From Phoronis australis (lineage: Eukaryota > Animalia > Phoronida): DNA of 64,000 nt. The DNA lies in NCBI GenBank assembly GCA_002633005.1, contig NMRA01000673.1, positions 91,610 through 155,609 of the forward strand. Direction: 5' to 3'. Shown here one piece after another: positions 1 to 12,600 of the stretch (its first letter is position 1; each line of letters starts with the position of its first letter). The notes beneath the pieces are model-generated. The model was given only the letters and a program-made list of their open reading frames with translations, was not told where the DNA came from and did not search any database. A program made the position numbers and the translations under genes.

Positions 1-156
1 TACCTTCGTAAACAAAGCTATATACAAATACCGTAGTTCGAATTGGATGAAATAGGAATACACATAGAATAGTTGAATAAAAGAAAATTATGAGATAACG
101 GTTCAAGAAAATATTAACGTCTTGTTGTAAACACAGACTGAGCATGCAAGACCTAT

Positions 157-1524
157 AACAAGAGCAACGCAGAGCGTTGAAATGCGCCCACAATTGCACC
201 GTATACGGTATCCTTCTAGGGTTGTTTATTGGTACCATAAAGTGGCCAGTAGAGGGCATATATGTAGTATGTTGTACTTTACAAAATGGAAATGCATGGT
301 CATTGTCTCCTCAATAGGCTAAGGGACAAAATGTGAGTGATCTTCATAATACAAGCACATCCTATACATCAGTTGCTTAAAGCACCACAGAAACATAGAA
401 TTAAAAACAAATTTACCAACATACGAGATTAGCACAGCATTAGAATGCCAGAAACAAATTTCTACTTGGAACTTTTCCNNNNNNNNNNNNNNNNNNNNNN
501 NNNNNNNNNNNNNNNNNNNNNNNNNNNNNNNNNNNNNNNNNNNNNNNNNNNNNNNNNNNNNNNNNNNNNNNNNNNNNNNNNNNNNNNNNNNNNNNNNNNN
601 NNNNNNNNNNNNNNNNNNNNNNNNNNNNNNNNNNNNNNNNNNNNNNNNNNNNNNNNNNNNNNNNNNNNNNNNNNNNNNNNNNNNNNNNNNNNNNNNNNNN
701 NNNNNNNNNNNNNNNNNNNNNNNNNNNNNNNNNNNNNNNNNNNNNNNNNNNNNNNNNNNNNNNNNNNNNNNNNNNNNNNNNNNNNNNNNNNNNNNNNNNN
801 NNNNNNNNNNNNNNNNNNNNNNNNNNNNNNNNNNNNNNNNNNNNNNNNNNNNNNNNNNNNNNNNNNNNNNNNNNNNNNNNNNNNNNNNNNNNNNNNNNNN
901 NNNNNNNNNNNNNNNNNNNNNNNNNNNNNNNNNNNNNNNNNNNNNNNNNNNNNNNNNNNNNNNNNNNNNNNNNNNNNNNNNNNNNNNNNNNNNNNNNNNN
1001 NNNNNNNNNNNNNNNNNNNNNNNNNNNNNNNNNNNNNNNNNNNNNNNNNNNNNNNNNNNNNNNNNNNNNNNNNNNNNNNNNNNNNNNNNNNNNNNNNNNN
1101 NNNNNNNNNNNNNNNNNNNNNNNNNNNNNNNNNNNNNNNNNNNNNNNNNNNNNNNNNNNNNNNNNNNNNNNNNNNNNNNNNNNNNNNNNNNNNNNNNNNN
1201 NNTAGGTGCCTACATACCAAATTTCATGAAAATCCGTTCAGGACTTTTGAAGATACAAAGGTAAGCGTAAAAAACTAAAATTGCCACTAGGGGGCACACC
1301 GGTAGTCGGATCCGTCAGAAAGTTCGCACATGCCGTCCCATTCATGAATGGAACATATGTGCCAAATTTCATGAACATATGTCAAAGGGTTTTGGAGATA
1401 GAGCAGCGGACGCCGGACGCCGGACAACGGACGCCGGACAGACGCCGCCCGCACGGACGGACGGACGGACGGACGGAGATGACGGCATAATGCGTCCACA
1501 TATAAATATGTGGGCGCATAAAAA
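157..1524 (-). mobile_element. Helentron-associated non-autonomous element (HINE/DINE-1-like), spanning an assembly gap
   Basis: Minus-strand 5' end TTTTTATGCGCCCACATAT-TT-ATATGTGGACGCAT (subTIR hairpin) then (GTCC)n; 3' end GTGGGCGCAT + CAACGC-TCT-GCGTTG stem-loop + CTCTTGTT. Sequence at about 260-478 departs from the family, so the two ends may belong to separate copies. Confidence 0.7.
479..1202. other. Assembly gap (N run)
   Basis: Run of n. Confidence 0.99.
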
Positions 1525-2155
1525 GTAATTGCAGGCGGTATGTTACACGTCGTTTCAGGTGTGGGCAGGCTCATTGCACTGATGACCTGGAACAATGTTT
1601 ATGCTTTTTATTATGTAGGTAAAACCGTGCTGAGGAGCTAGAGATTTGACTCAGCGGTCCAGCAGTGTGCCTCAGTGGGAGTCGAGCCTTTGACAATAAA
1701 CGGAAGAAGCAGATACGTATCCCACTAGGTACAATGCCACCTCCAAAGTGCGCAATGTAGAATATACATGGTGCAGTTTTGCAAATATTACAAACATTGA
1801 AGACATTGACGTGATTAAATAACCAAAGGGATCACGCAGATACACGATACACATCATAATGTACAGTATTTTAACATTGAAATGTATTACTCAAGGGAAG
1901 CTATACTATGTTCCCCAATACAAAGTATTCACACCTTGTGAGAAGGAAGTTAACTACAGGCCAGGTTTCAATTGTACCACATACAAGATAGGAACCCAGA
2001 CGTCGTCCTGCTAAGCTCCCCTATTGGAAATACCCAACATAACATACACCCTGTAACTGGTCAGCATATGCAATAGCATGAAGTTCAGTGAGGTTCAATG
2101 GAGTTCAACATATTTTGTGTTTTGCATAACAAAGACTTGCACAAAAATTACTTAC

Positions 2156-2331
2156 TTTGAATTTCGACGTTGTCGATACACTCACGCTTTCACTGTGCCA
2201 TGTATCGCCTTGATTTCCAGTCTTATTGAAAAGTACGGTCTCTGCCCCGGACGACGAAATTAAGATGAGGCTTAGATCTCCCATGGCGCTGCCATACATG
2301 TTGTAATCAAACGAGAAACAATAGGTATTTC
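2156..2331 (-). CDS. Astacin gene exon, MAM domain part 3
   Basis: GNTYCFSFDYNMYGSAMGDLSL...GNQGDTWHSESV, typical MAM C-x-x-F-x-Y-x-M-Y-G and G-x-Q-G-x-x-W; cag/gtaag boundaries. Confidence 0.9.
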
Positions 2332-5300
2332 CTGCAAACCGAAATGTCAAACATCACATACATTTTTGCAAACAATGAACTTAAATTTATGGCCATGGAA
2401 ATTGAATTTTGACAACAACAAACTCCTGACAAACTACATACACTATTATACAAAACGTGCTCGTCACCACCAATAGACATAACTAAACTACATCCAATTG
2501 ACCTAACTGCCTTCTTTATTGTATTAATTTCCATGCACCAAACATTTTCATTAAGAATTCTAATTCTTTCAAACTTCGTCAGTTTACATGTTTTTGTTTG
2601 TCAAACATTTCAATTACCAGCATATCGATAACAAAGAGATTGAGTACCATTCACACGTGTGTCTCACGTGTGTGTGTCTTGCATATACTTTGGAAGCAAT
2701 AGAGAGGAGATTAAAAGGTAACGTGCGTATATTTTCTACGAACGTAGCGGGAACACGACAACCAGAAACCTGTCATGATACGACTGTTTACGAACTCTTT
2801 ATTTCATATCTTACATAGAAATTATAATTGACAACGTATGACTAAAACGAAATGCACATGACATGTCACTAAAAACGTTGAGAGCAAGTAAAAATTACTT
2901 GAAGCCATTAAATTTCAAATTATTAGGCTGAACTTGGAAAAACTATCAGATGCAATATCGTCAGAACATTCTTAACAAACCCTAAATTTGCACTGCCTAA
3001 CCTTCAATGAAGGGCGTTTGTAGAACAGCGACATCGCCGGGATTTCGTGGGTAAGAGGCCTCCGCGTAGATGTAACCCGACGAATGAGCGGGGTTGTAGG
3101 CGCTAGGACCGGTACCCCATGTCGGCGTACCACCCTGTCGGATAATGACAAATTTATGTTATGAATACAAAGACACGGACATCGTTCATTACAGCTGAGG
3201 CATACGATATTCATACATGTACATATAAATAGTGCTTGGGTGGGAGTCTCAGCGCCTATGGCAGTGAAAGTAGACGGGGCCACCGCTTCAAGCTGAGTTT
3301 TAAGAACTCCGAATAGTATGTAATTGATGATGGTGTAAGTGGCACTACTAGTGTTCGTCCATAAAATAGTAGTTTACATACTACTGGTACATGTATGGTG
3401 TTGGATAAAAATTGACAAACACCACCGTTTCGATGGCCTTTTAATTAGGACAATTTCAATTCAGGATGTAATACCATGGTTGTCAAATTGCAAATCTAAT
3501 AAAAACACCTGCACACAAAAATAAGCACGCCATTAGTTGAATCCTTTCAGAACATCAAGCTTCCTCTCCAAAGGACGACGTCACTGACATTCACCCAAGA
3601 AACTCCATGCAACGTCAATTTGAACAAACGTGCATGTACAAAGAGTTTTGAAAAAAGATTAAAAATCATCAGAGATAAACGTACCTGGCGGGGAACCCAG
3701 TCAAACTGATCGTCTTTACTCTGTCCCCACGCGCAGAGTTTGGAGTCGTCGAAATTGCACGTGACGGATGTGTCTGCAAATTCATGAGATGTGAGCCACC
3801 AAACTGCTTCCACTGGTCAGCGTACTGACAGAAGTGCAACCTTACAATCCTACTGCACGAGTGTTCAAATAGGTTTAGCTAAGTAATTACATGTATGAAC
3901 GGTTCAGTCTCAAAAGAGTTAGCGTGACTATTCTGCTTCCTTCGACTGGGCCTAGTATTCATCTCCATAATAACGAGAAGTCCGGGGCTTAAACTGATGA
4001 TGACGTAAAACGTGCTGTCGTGATCGTCAATTCCGTTTTCAATTAAGATATATACACTCCACGCGTTTGTTGAAAACAAAACTTGCTTCGTTTAGTAATG
4101 TTTTGACAACTGAAGCAACGAAAGAAAACTTTTAACAAATTTAACACTTCGAAAGTTCGCTTACTTTTACCACAGGACCGGTTGCGTAAACAAGAAAAGA
4201 TCTCGTTGGAGTACAGGTGCCAAGCCAATGTTACGAGCGACCCTTCCGCATCCAAGAGAGGAGCTTTGTGAAATTTATAATCTTGAAAGCTCCTACGAGG
4301 CGCATGGTGTTTTGAAATGAGATTTCTCATCTACTGGGAATGTACGTTCAGAAATCAAACACTGCAGTATTTCCAGTAAGTGTTAATGACTCGCAGATAT
4401 CGACTGCAAGCCTACAAGTAGGGTCAAGGACAAATGTACCGTATTACTTTCTTATTTTTTACTGTATTTATGGAGATTTAATGTCGTAATTATATTTGAG
4501 TTGTGAGGTAACGTACAATCCGTGAGTGTGTCGCAATGCGTTCCTTGGAGCCCTGCCCAGCATTCACACGTCGGTTGAGGCCCGGCGAGCGAACACGTCG
4601 TACGTGAAGGGCATTTCAAACACGGGTCTGGAAGGTAGAATATCATCCAATAGATTACGGCATAAGAAGCCCATTGACGATAAGACAGAATGTATCTGTA
4701 TCAACAACTATAATATGAACATACGCTGTATAACCTACATGCATGTACATGTACATTTACATGTAACGTTTGGTGCTCATGTACATGTAGATGAGGGATG
4801 CATTTATTAATGGTTGCTTTGGGAAAGTCACGTATTGTCATCGTCGGAAGATCATGGAACTTGAATTATATACGTTCACTGGAGCGTCAATAAAATATCA
4901 TGCACTAATCTCAAAATGGAGTTTCTCTCCCAAATAAATAAGCTTGTAGAATGTAACTTCTCGCAGTGCAAACAACTGTCATAGAGCGCAACATTATTTA
5001 CTTTCAGGAGCAAGCCCGTCTTCAAAAACATTAACTGCGTCACTGATAATAACTGGGTCAGGGTTAATGTTTCGAACTGTTAGAGGTCTTACCCAGGTTT
5101 GTAATTGCACGTGCAGTAAACGAAAACCCCTTGCTTGATGATCCACCACCATGTGTGTCGAATACCAGCATCATCTCCGTTGCATTGTGGTCAAGAAACG
5201 TGTGCGCTTGCTGTGGTGCTTGCTCCATGTGCCCACAGTACCTGGTAAGAAATGCTGACATTTTTAACTTGACGGGACAACTGAAAAAGCCATTCTCTTG

Positions 5301-6553
5301 GTCCAAAAAGTAGATGTCGCCAACGAGAACAAAACAGACGCCTTAGACGGCTGACCCGTGGAAACGGGCTTAGTCAATGAAGCGCTGTCACTTCGAGTTT
5401 TTGCGCAGCAAACAGCGGGTATAATGGACTATGATATTGAACCATGTGCCGCCATGGTGGTGGCTGCCGTCCGAGTGGCTTTCCAGGACGTGGATATGGA
5501 AAGAACATGTCAGTTAGATTGGGATTATGCCCTCTCACACCCTGATCGGTTTATATTGCCTCGACTGCGTAAAGAAAGGAGCGGCGGTGGAACTTAACAA
5601 ATACAGAGGATATCATACCCATTGTATGGATGCACTGCTGTTTGTATCCAATAGAAAATAAATCATTTTTTAATATCTTTAAATATACGCCAATATTTAC
5701 TTTCAATTTGATACAATCTCCAATATCATAACGGCCATTAACAATGCCTTCAAACGCAAGAAACAACTTTCGATTCAGCTCATTTAGTGCGATGGAATTA
5801 GTCTTAAAATGCCCGTTAGGCAGACTTGATGTCACCATAGAAAGAACTGGCAATCTGTTATTGTTCGAGACCAGTTACACCAATTTGACTTCTCACTGAG
5901 TGTCATTTTGTGCACCAATAATGGTTTCACGGAAAAAATCAACAGTTCTATGCAAACCCTGCAACCACTTCCTGTCTAAGTGAGCTACACAATTAATCCG
6001 GTAAGATATCTCGACTAAAATATCGCTACTTGGGTAAAGAATCTGTTTATATCTGTTGTATCTCTTTAAACCAGACAACTCAATGCTTTGGAAATAAACA
6101 TCATCTTACTGAGCCGGTAGGTATGACTTACTCGTCAGGCGACTTAAGCCCATTTTAAATGATTGTGTTTACGTCTAATTGTATATTTACACTCGTGTGC
6201 AGATTTACGTACAGTGCGTATTTCTGAAGTAAAAATGTAAATATACTCTTGTATAAAGCTATACCCGAGTGTATAATTTCATGTAAATGTAAAAGTAAAT
6301 TTACACACGTGCAAAAATACACATAGCACATGTGAGCCCAACATGTATTTATTCATGGGTGTAAAACCACGATAAGACTTATCCAAAAGTGCCATGACAA
6401 AATTATTTCTGTGTTCTCATCTTTCCTTAATGTAACACCAATTCCCTTTAAACATGCAAAAGGTCCGTTGTGTGTGATTTGGTAGGGTCTTTTGGTGAAA
6501 CGTTGCTGCTGTCGCTTCTGCAGCTGATGCTGCTGTTGCTGCTACTGCTGTTG

Positions 6554-6624
<71 letters not shown>

Positions 6625-9600
6625 GCTTCAGATGGTACTGGTGCTGCTGTTGCTGGTGCTGTTGCTGCTGTTGCTGGTGCTGCTGCTGCTCTAGTAACAA
6701 GACAAAAAATGGAATACTAGTACCATGCTGTTGAGAAATAAAACAGCATACAGTGTTTCGAAAGCGATCGCGACTTCTATCTGCATCAATACTAAACCGC
6801 CGCTATAGTTAAATTTCGAATTTAACCTTCCAAGTGATGTTCTTGTGGAAGTTTTGTGCAGCATGAACTATCATGCAATCGGCTGTGGCGATGCAAAGTT
6901 CGGGCATGCACGGTCAGGAAAACACCTGCTTCATAACTCCACCAGTCTGTGAACAGTACGGTTACCAAATCACGTAATCTATGCACCGACTACGACTTGA
7001 CTCCAACCTGACAGGTGGATTGTCTTGATCGTTTGAAATATGTTCTAGGAACACTTGACAACACGAATGATTCTGTGGAAGGGCATCTATTTGACGATTG
7101 CCAAAGCACCCTTAGTCTAATGACATATGTGTTCTCACTGACATAAGTCCGTCGATCGTTCCTAATATACATCTGTATACTGTACCATAGGTCCTGCTTG
7201 CCGTTTGCGAGATACTGTAGTTGCAAAAGTAATCCCTGGGGAGTGATACTTGCGATTAGGCAGGGCTACCTAGACTAAAATCAATTGTTCCAGAAGGACG
7301 TTCTTCTTACTAGCAAACGTTGCCTGAATTTGAAATGTATAGAGCAATGGGCACAAATGTGGCTTTTCTTTTTCCCTATACGAACGAAATGAAAATTTAA
7401 ATGTACACCCGCCGGTGTAGATTTGCATACAGTACGGTGTCTATTTACACAAGGGAATAAATATGCTGGGTATCAATAATTTTTCAATTAACAACTGTGG
7501 AGAAAAACCTCCCACCTTCAATCAATAGTTTTATTTTTGCCCGCTGACGTACAGGTAACCAAAATTATACACAGCGTTGGGAAATTGTCGTTGGCGGCCG
7601 CAGAGAAGGGGGAGCGATTGCTGAAATAAGTAACAGATGTCAACCTGTGATGTCATCTGTAATGAACAGTGGGAGAAAATTGAAATTGAAATTTGTCGGA
7701 AAACTTTTTCAATGAGCAGGGGAGTAATAGATCCGCTGTGCCCACACCTCAGCTATGTCAGCATTGGCTACCTCTCGTGAGAAGTAAGAAGTTTAAAATA
7801 CGTACTTACCTTCAGAAACGGGTTTGTGATAGTGCATACAATTACATTGTTAGAACGGTGGTGTGTCTGCTAAGCAGTTGTCAAAATACAATTTTGTGTA
7901 TCACTTTGTAATACTAAGCTTGGCAATTAATACTGTGTGAAAAGTAGTTTTCAAAACTGATTTTCTATCATGTGGTGTTGCGACGGGTATCTGAGTAAAT
8001 TTAACCACAAAAAACTTCATAAGACATTGAGAAAAAGGCTCGTTTGCAGGAATGAATCTTGTAATTGACCCATTCTAGTGTCAAGGAGACCTCTCACCTC
8101 CTATGAGTTGATGTAAAATCCTATGGTGCGAATTTTGCATGATCACGTGGGAACTTGTTTGTCATGTGATGCTGTCTATACTCTCGATTCATGCCAGTGA
8201 GAGAGGGTGTAGATGGCTACTTACAATGAAGAGTTAAGACCTTCCTTTAGCACTTCATTTGGGTCCAGATACATACTGTTTTCAGCATGTCACGAGAATT
8301 TTGACAGTGTCACTAAACACAAAATTTTGCACGTTACCGGAATTCCACTAGGATTTTGCATCAACCAGTGGAAGGAGACGAGATGTGTCGAAGGCACTAG
8401 GAATATGTAAACATTCAGTACAGCAGACAAGTATCTCAATGTATATTAAGTACAAAGTCAATATATGGACAACGAAACTTCCAATTAGGTAGATATGGCA
8501 TAGAGTTTCCGATATCATTATGTCACACAATACAACTTCATTCAGTAGCAGAAACTGATTACATACTTGACTCCCTTTTGTCCAATCAGGTTTGCATTTA
8601 TCTCCAGGCTGTGGACGCAATTGTCAATGGCTGCGTCATCAAACACCTCAAAGTCATCAAAGGTAACAATGATTCCACTGTCAGTTTCCTGGGGACCCTG
8701 TGGTATTGAAATGACAGTAGACAACATGAAGCAGATGTTCAGCCAAAATGTACAGTGTATTGCTCAGCAACAAGCAGTTATCTTTTGAGACCATCTACAC
8801 TTTTGCTCAAGTGAGACTCACATGGTTTTCAGAAATTGTTGCGTGGACCATTATGTCAAATTAATGCGTGGAGCATCATGTCACGTTTGTAACTTTCCCA
8901 GGGCTCTTGGTTTCTAACTCGGACTGCAAAATAATTTTAAAAATTTCTTTTCAACATGTAATTTAATGTGAGCTAATGATGCTTTTCTATGATTAAATGC
9001 AAAATTAATTGCCAAATTTTAAAGGGTCTTAACAATGTCGTGAATGCCCAAAACTTTTCAAAACTTTGCATGCATGGCAGCTGTGGAACAAAACGGAATA
9101 TTATTTATTATATAAGTTGACGCTATTTATTTTTATGGGAAGTACTGTGAAAAAAATTACTCGTCGGCCATATCGTGCCCTAAATCTCTGAGATTTGATC
9201 TAATGTCGCACTTCACAACAACTTGATTCGAGGTATAAACCGAAGTAACCGAGTGCGTCTTACGATGGGTCATCGACAGGGAACAAAAAGCCCATTGTTT
9301 CAGAAGCTTATCTTACGTTCTTTCTGATGTGGAGAGGAAACTGTAGAAACGACATCTTAAAATGTTTAAAATATGTCATACAGTTTTAAAATCTAACTTA
9401 AACTTGTCTCAAATCCTTTCCAAGAAGGTAATCCTACATGTAAGTCTGATTTCAGTTTTTAACTTGCGATTTGTTTTAATACTGACTAGCTACTTGATAA
9501 AAAAGTTTTAAAATTTGGAAGTTGAGAAAAATCCTCATACTTAAGTAAAAATTAACTTTGGTCAGATTCTTAGATCGTGCCCCAGACTTCGATCCTTGAT

Positions 9601-12600
9601 CGTGTTTTCGGAAGATGATGCCTAAAGGTGTCAAATAACGTGATTTTGTTGTTTGACATGTACAGGCACTTGGAGCTGATTACAATTAATTATTATGGAA
9701 TCGTATGTATCAAGTTTGTGAATTCATGTGAAAGCTGTGACATGACGTAACTTGCTTATACATTAACGGCTGGAATGAAACGCGTGCAAATTTGATCATC
9801 AATTGTGACAACTCATTTGAATTCTTGTCACTTATCAATGGTAAATGATAACTAGCATTTTTGAAAGACGCTATGAACGATGGACACACTGATTTCAAGC
9901 TGATGGTCATTCATTATTAGCCTCGTGTGAATCCATATCAATCACAACGGGGGATCAAGTATGAAAAACTTGGTCATTTCTGAGTTCTATAGGGCACGGA
10001 ATAGAGTTTTGTGAGAAACGTTGTCATTGTTTGCGAAGTACTGACACTTGGTTCGGCAATTGGAGAACGGTAACGAGCAGTTAAACTCCTCCTCGTGTAG
10101 ACTGCATGGGGCTTTTCCAAATATGTTTGCCAGTTCATGGCTCACTTGAAACATTCATGCATATCTAGTGCATTTGTTTGGAAAATATTAGTGCGGCGCA
10201 GCCAAACCTGTCGGAACGGTTCCGTCACTCATGAATGCGTTTTAATTATTAAATTGGCAATACGTTGACGTAGATAACCATTGGCTTAGTCCTAACTCCA
10301 GAGCAAATTGATTGTAATGAGGGGCGTCGATAACATTTTCTGTGAGAGCTTAAAGTGACCTTGGTGGCTAAGAGCTGGCAAGGGCGTCAGCGACCGAGAG
10401 GAAGAATCTGTTGGCGACCGTTGTATTGATAAGGAGGTGTAAGCAGTGAACGCTGGCGATGTCGACTGTAATAGAACTAGCGATAATACAAGTAACAAGC
10501 CCATTGTTTACGGATGATTAAGTCTTGCTGTGGGTGATAAGTTGTGACAAGTGTCGTAATGCTGGTGACGATGGTGACGGTGGCGAAGATACGTGTTGTG
10601 TTCACAGCGGCTGTCGCCATTAGCTTAGATCAGTTACTAGTCATGGGCTATGAGGACCTAACAAACAACCAGTAGGGAGAAGGTGACAAAATGCATCGAG
10701 TGGATATAGAACGCACAAGAATCCAATCAAAGTTGTACACTAGATACAAGTATAGTGGCAACACTGCCATCGCAATATCAGGAATCACGCTCCTACATGT
10801 ACTTTTGAACAATGCACTTGATGTCATGCGCCACTAAAATTTACGTGACGGTTATCAGATGGCGTGTTTTGATTATTGTCTCCACAACCACTTACATATC
10901 TCCCCATTCGTAAAGCTCAAACAGTACATGTGATACTCACCCGGATTACGTACACACACTTCTTATTCAGCGGATAGTTGTTTGGGTATCCAGGGCTCAC
11001 AATTTTCACCATCTCGCCTTCTGTGCCGAGGTTGTACACTCCTCCGCACTCTGGGTAATCTGAAAACATTTTTTTTATCATTGTCACCTTACCTCCGCTG
11101 TTGGTAGGAGAAACAAGTGTCAGTTAAGTGACAGTGACGGCAACACGCTAATGGCATTTGTGGGTAAAAGTAGAGTTGGTAAACTGTGCACTGTACGGGC
11201 TTCGAACCATAGGGCGCTGGGGGGACTATAGCCCCCACTTTTTTCAGTGCTACGTCGCACATGACCTACAGGTGGTGCACCACGGGGGGGGGGCTAAGAG
11301 GGCTTTAGCCCCACATTTTCAGTTCTGGGCCGCCCATGAACCAGTGTAGGCCACGTGGAGGTGGTGATGGTAGTGCTAGTGTCTTAGGTAGGAGTGGTGG
11401 TCGTAATCTTAGCAATGGCGATAGTGTGGGTGACATTGGCACTTTTAGCGGAGATGATATAGTGGCTGGTGACGTAATGGCTGATATTGCCACGTATACG
11501 GTACAATATGAGAATGTTCTGATACGTGCTTTTGTCTTTACTACTTCTCCTACTTCCCCCGTTATTTTTGCCACGCTATGTTAGTATCTCAACTATTGAT
11601 GTATTTGCCACACTCGATGATTGTTGTTTTATTTGATTTATCAACGAGAGCAACTTACCGGAAAAATTTGGATCGATAGTGTTACAATCTCCAGTCAAAC
11701 CCCGTGGACATTTGCACCCGCAAGCTCCGGATGCGCTTTTAAATGGATAGCCATGGTTAAAACAAACGTCAGTACAGTCACCTGTCAAGAAGAAATATAC
11801 CTACATGTACGTGTACGCATACATTGTGGTCCCACTTTCATGTTCTCGTTTAAAGCATTGAATTATCACCGTTTTATATGTACTACAGTGCAGTTAACAA
11901 CACATTGAAGCTTGCCTTTCCATTTTCACTTGCACTTTACACGATAAACCGGATCAGGCTAAGAAGTGAACTTTTGTCATGAATGATATTCGTTTATTGG
12001 TTTACCTTTGCAGTTGTAGACGAGGTTTGCCATTTTAGCGTCGTAGAAAGTTAATCCGTTCCTGCTTCCTGGTAAAAAATCTAGTTCCTCATTCTTCACT
12101 CTGATTGTTGGCAGACCATTGATATTAAATGCCTGGAAATAACATAAAAACTTGGTGCACATAACTGGAGCAGGGGGCAGGGTCTAATTTTTGTGCTCAA
12201 AGTCTTAACTTGAAATCAGTTTAGCGTTTTGCTCTACTTTTCCTAGAACTCAAAGTAAAGAGTCTAGAATCTATGCTCGATTACATTATGGTTTACACAT
12301 GCATATCTAGTCAAGGTTGGAACATATTCTTGATACCACAATCTTCGAAAAAATAAACGTTGTAAGTTTAGACACGAACGTTTAGCCTTTTTAGCCTTAA
12401 TGCTGGGATCGTCATGAGCACACTAGGTTGAAAATGTTGTCCATGTAAGTCATTATGTGCAAGAGACCAGAATTATAGACACGCACATGTACCTTGAGCC
12501 TCCCGAACTGAAAATGTCTAAAATAATTCCAAGATTGACCACGACTTTTAAAATACATTTTCCCCTGCCACTGGAGATTACAGACACATGTACGAAGCAT

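Noticed and set aside
445-1278. Long ORFs 445-1278 and 462-1220
   Set aside because: Artefacts of translating the N gap.
1526-1590. VISAMSLPTPETTC... as the final MAM exon
   Set aside because: It has a phase-0 acceptor but lacks the expected MAM IAIDD motif and runs into the HINE terminus.
6470-6694. Poly-Leu ORF on the + strand
   Set aside because: Translation of the CTG microsatellite; no gene context.
10290-11580. Ser/Thr/Pro-rich ORFs at 10292-10504 and 11305-11574 as mucin-like linker exons
   Set aside because: The flanking EGF and CUB exons splice in phase without them; they look like decayed low-complexity repeats with no clear splice sites.
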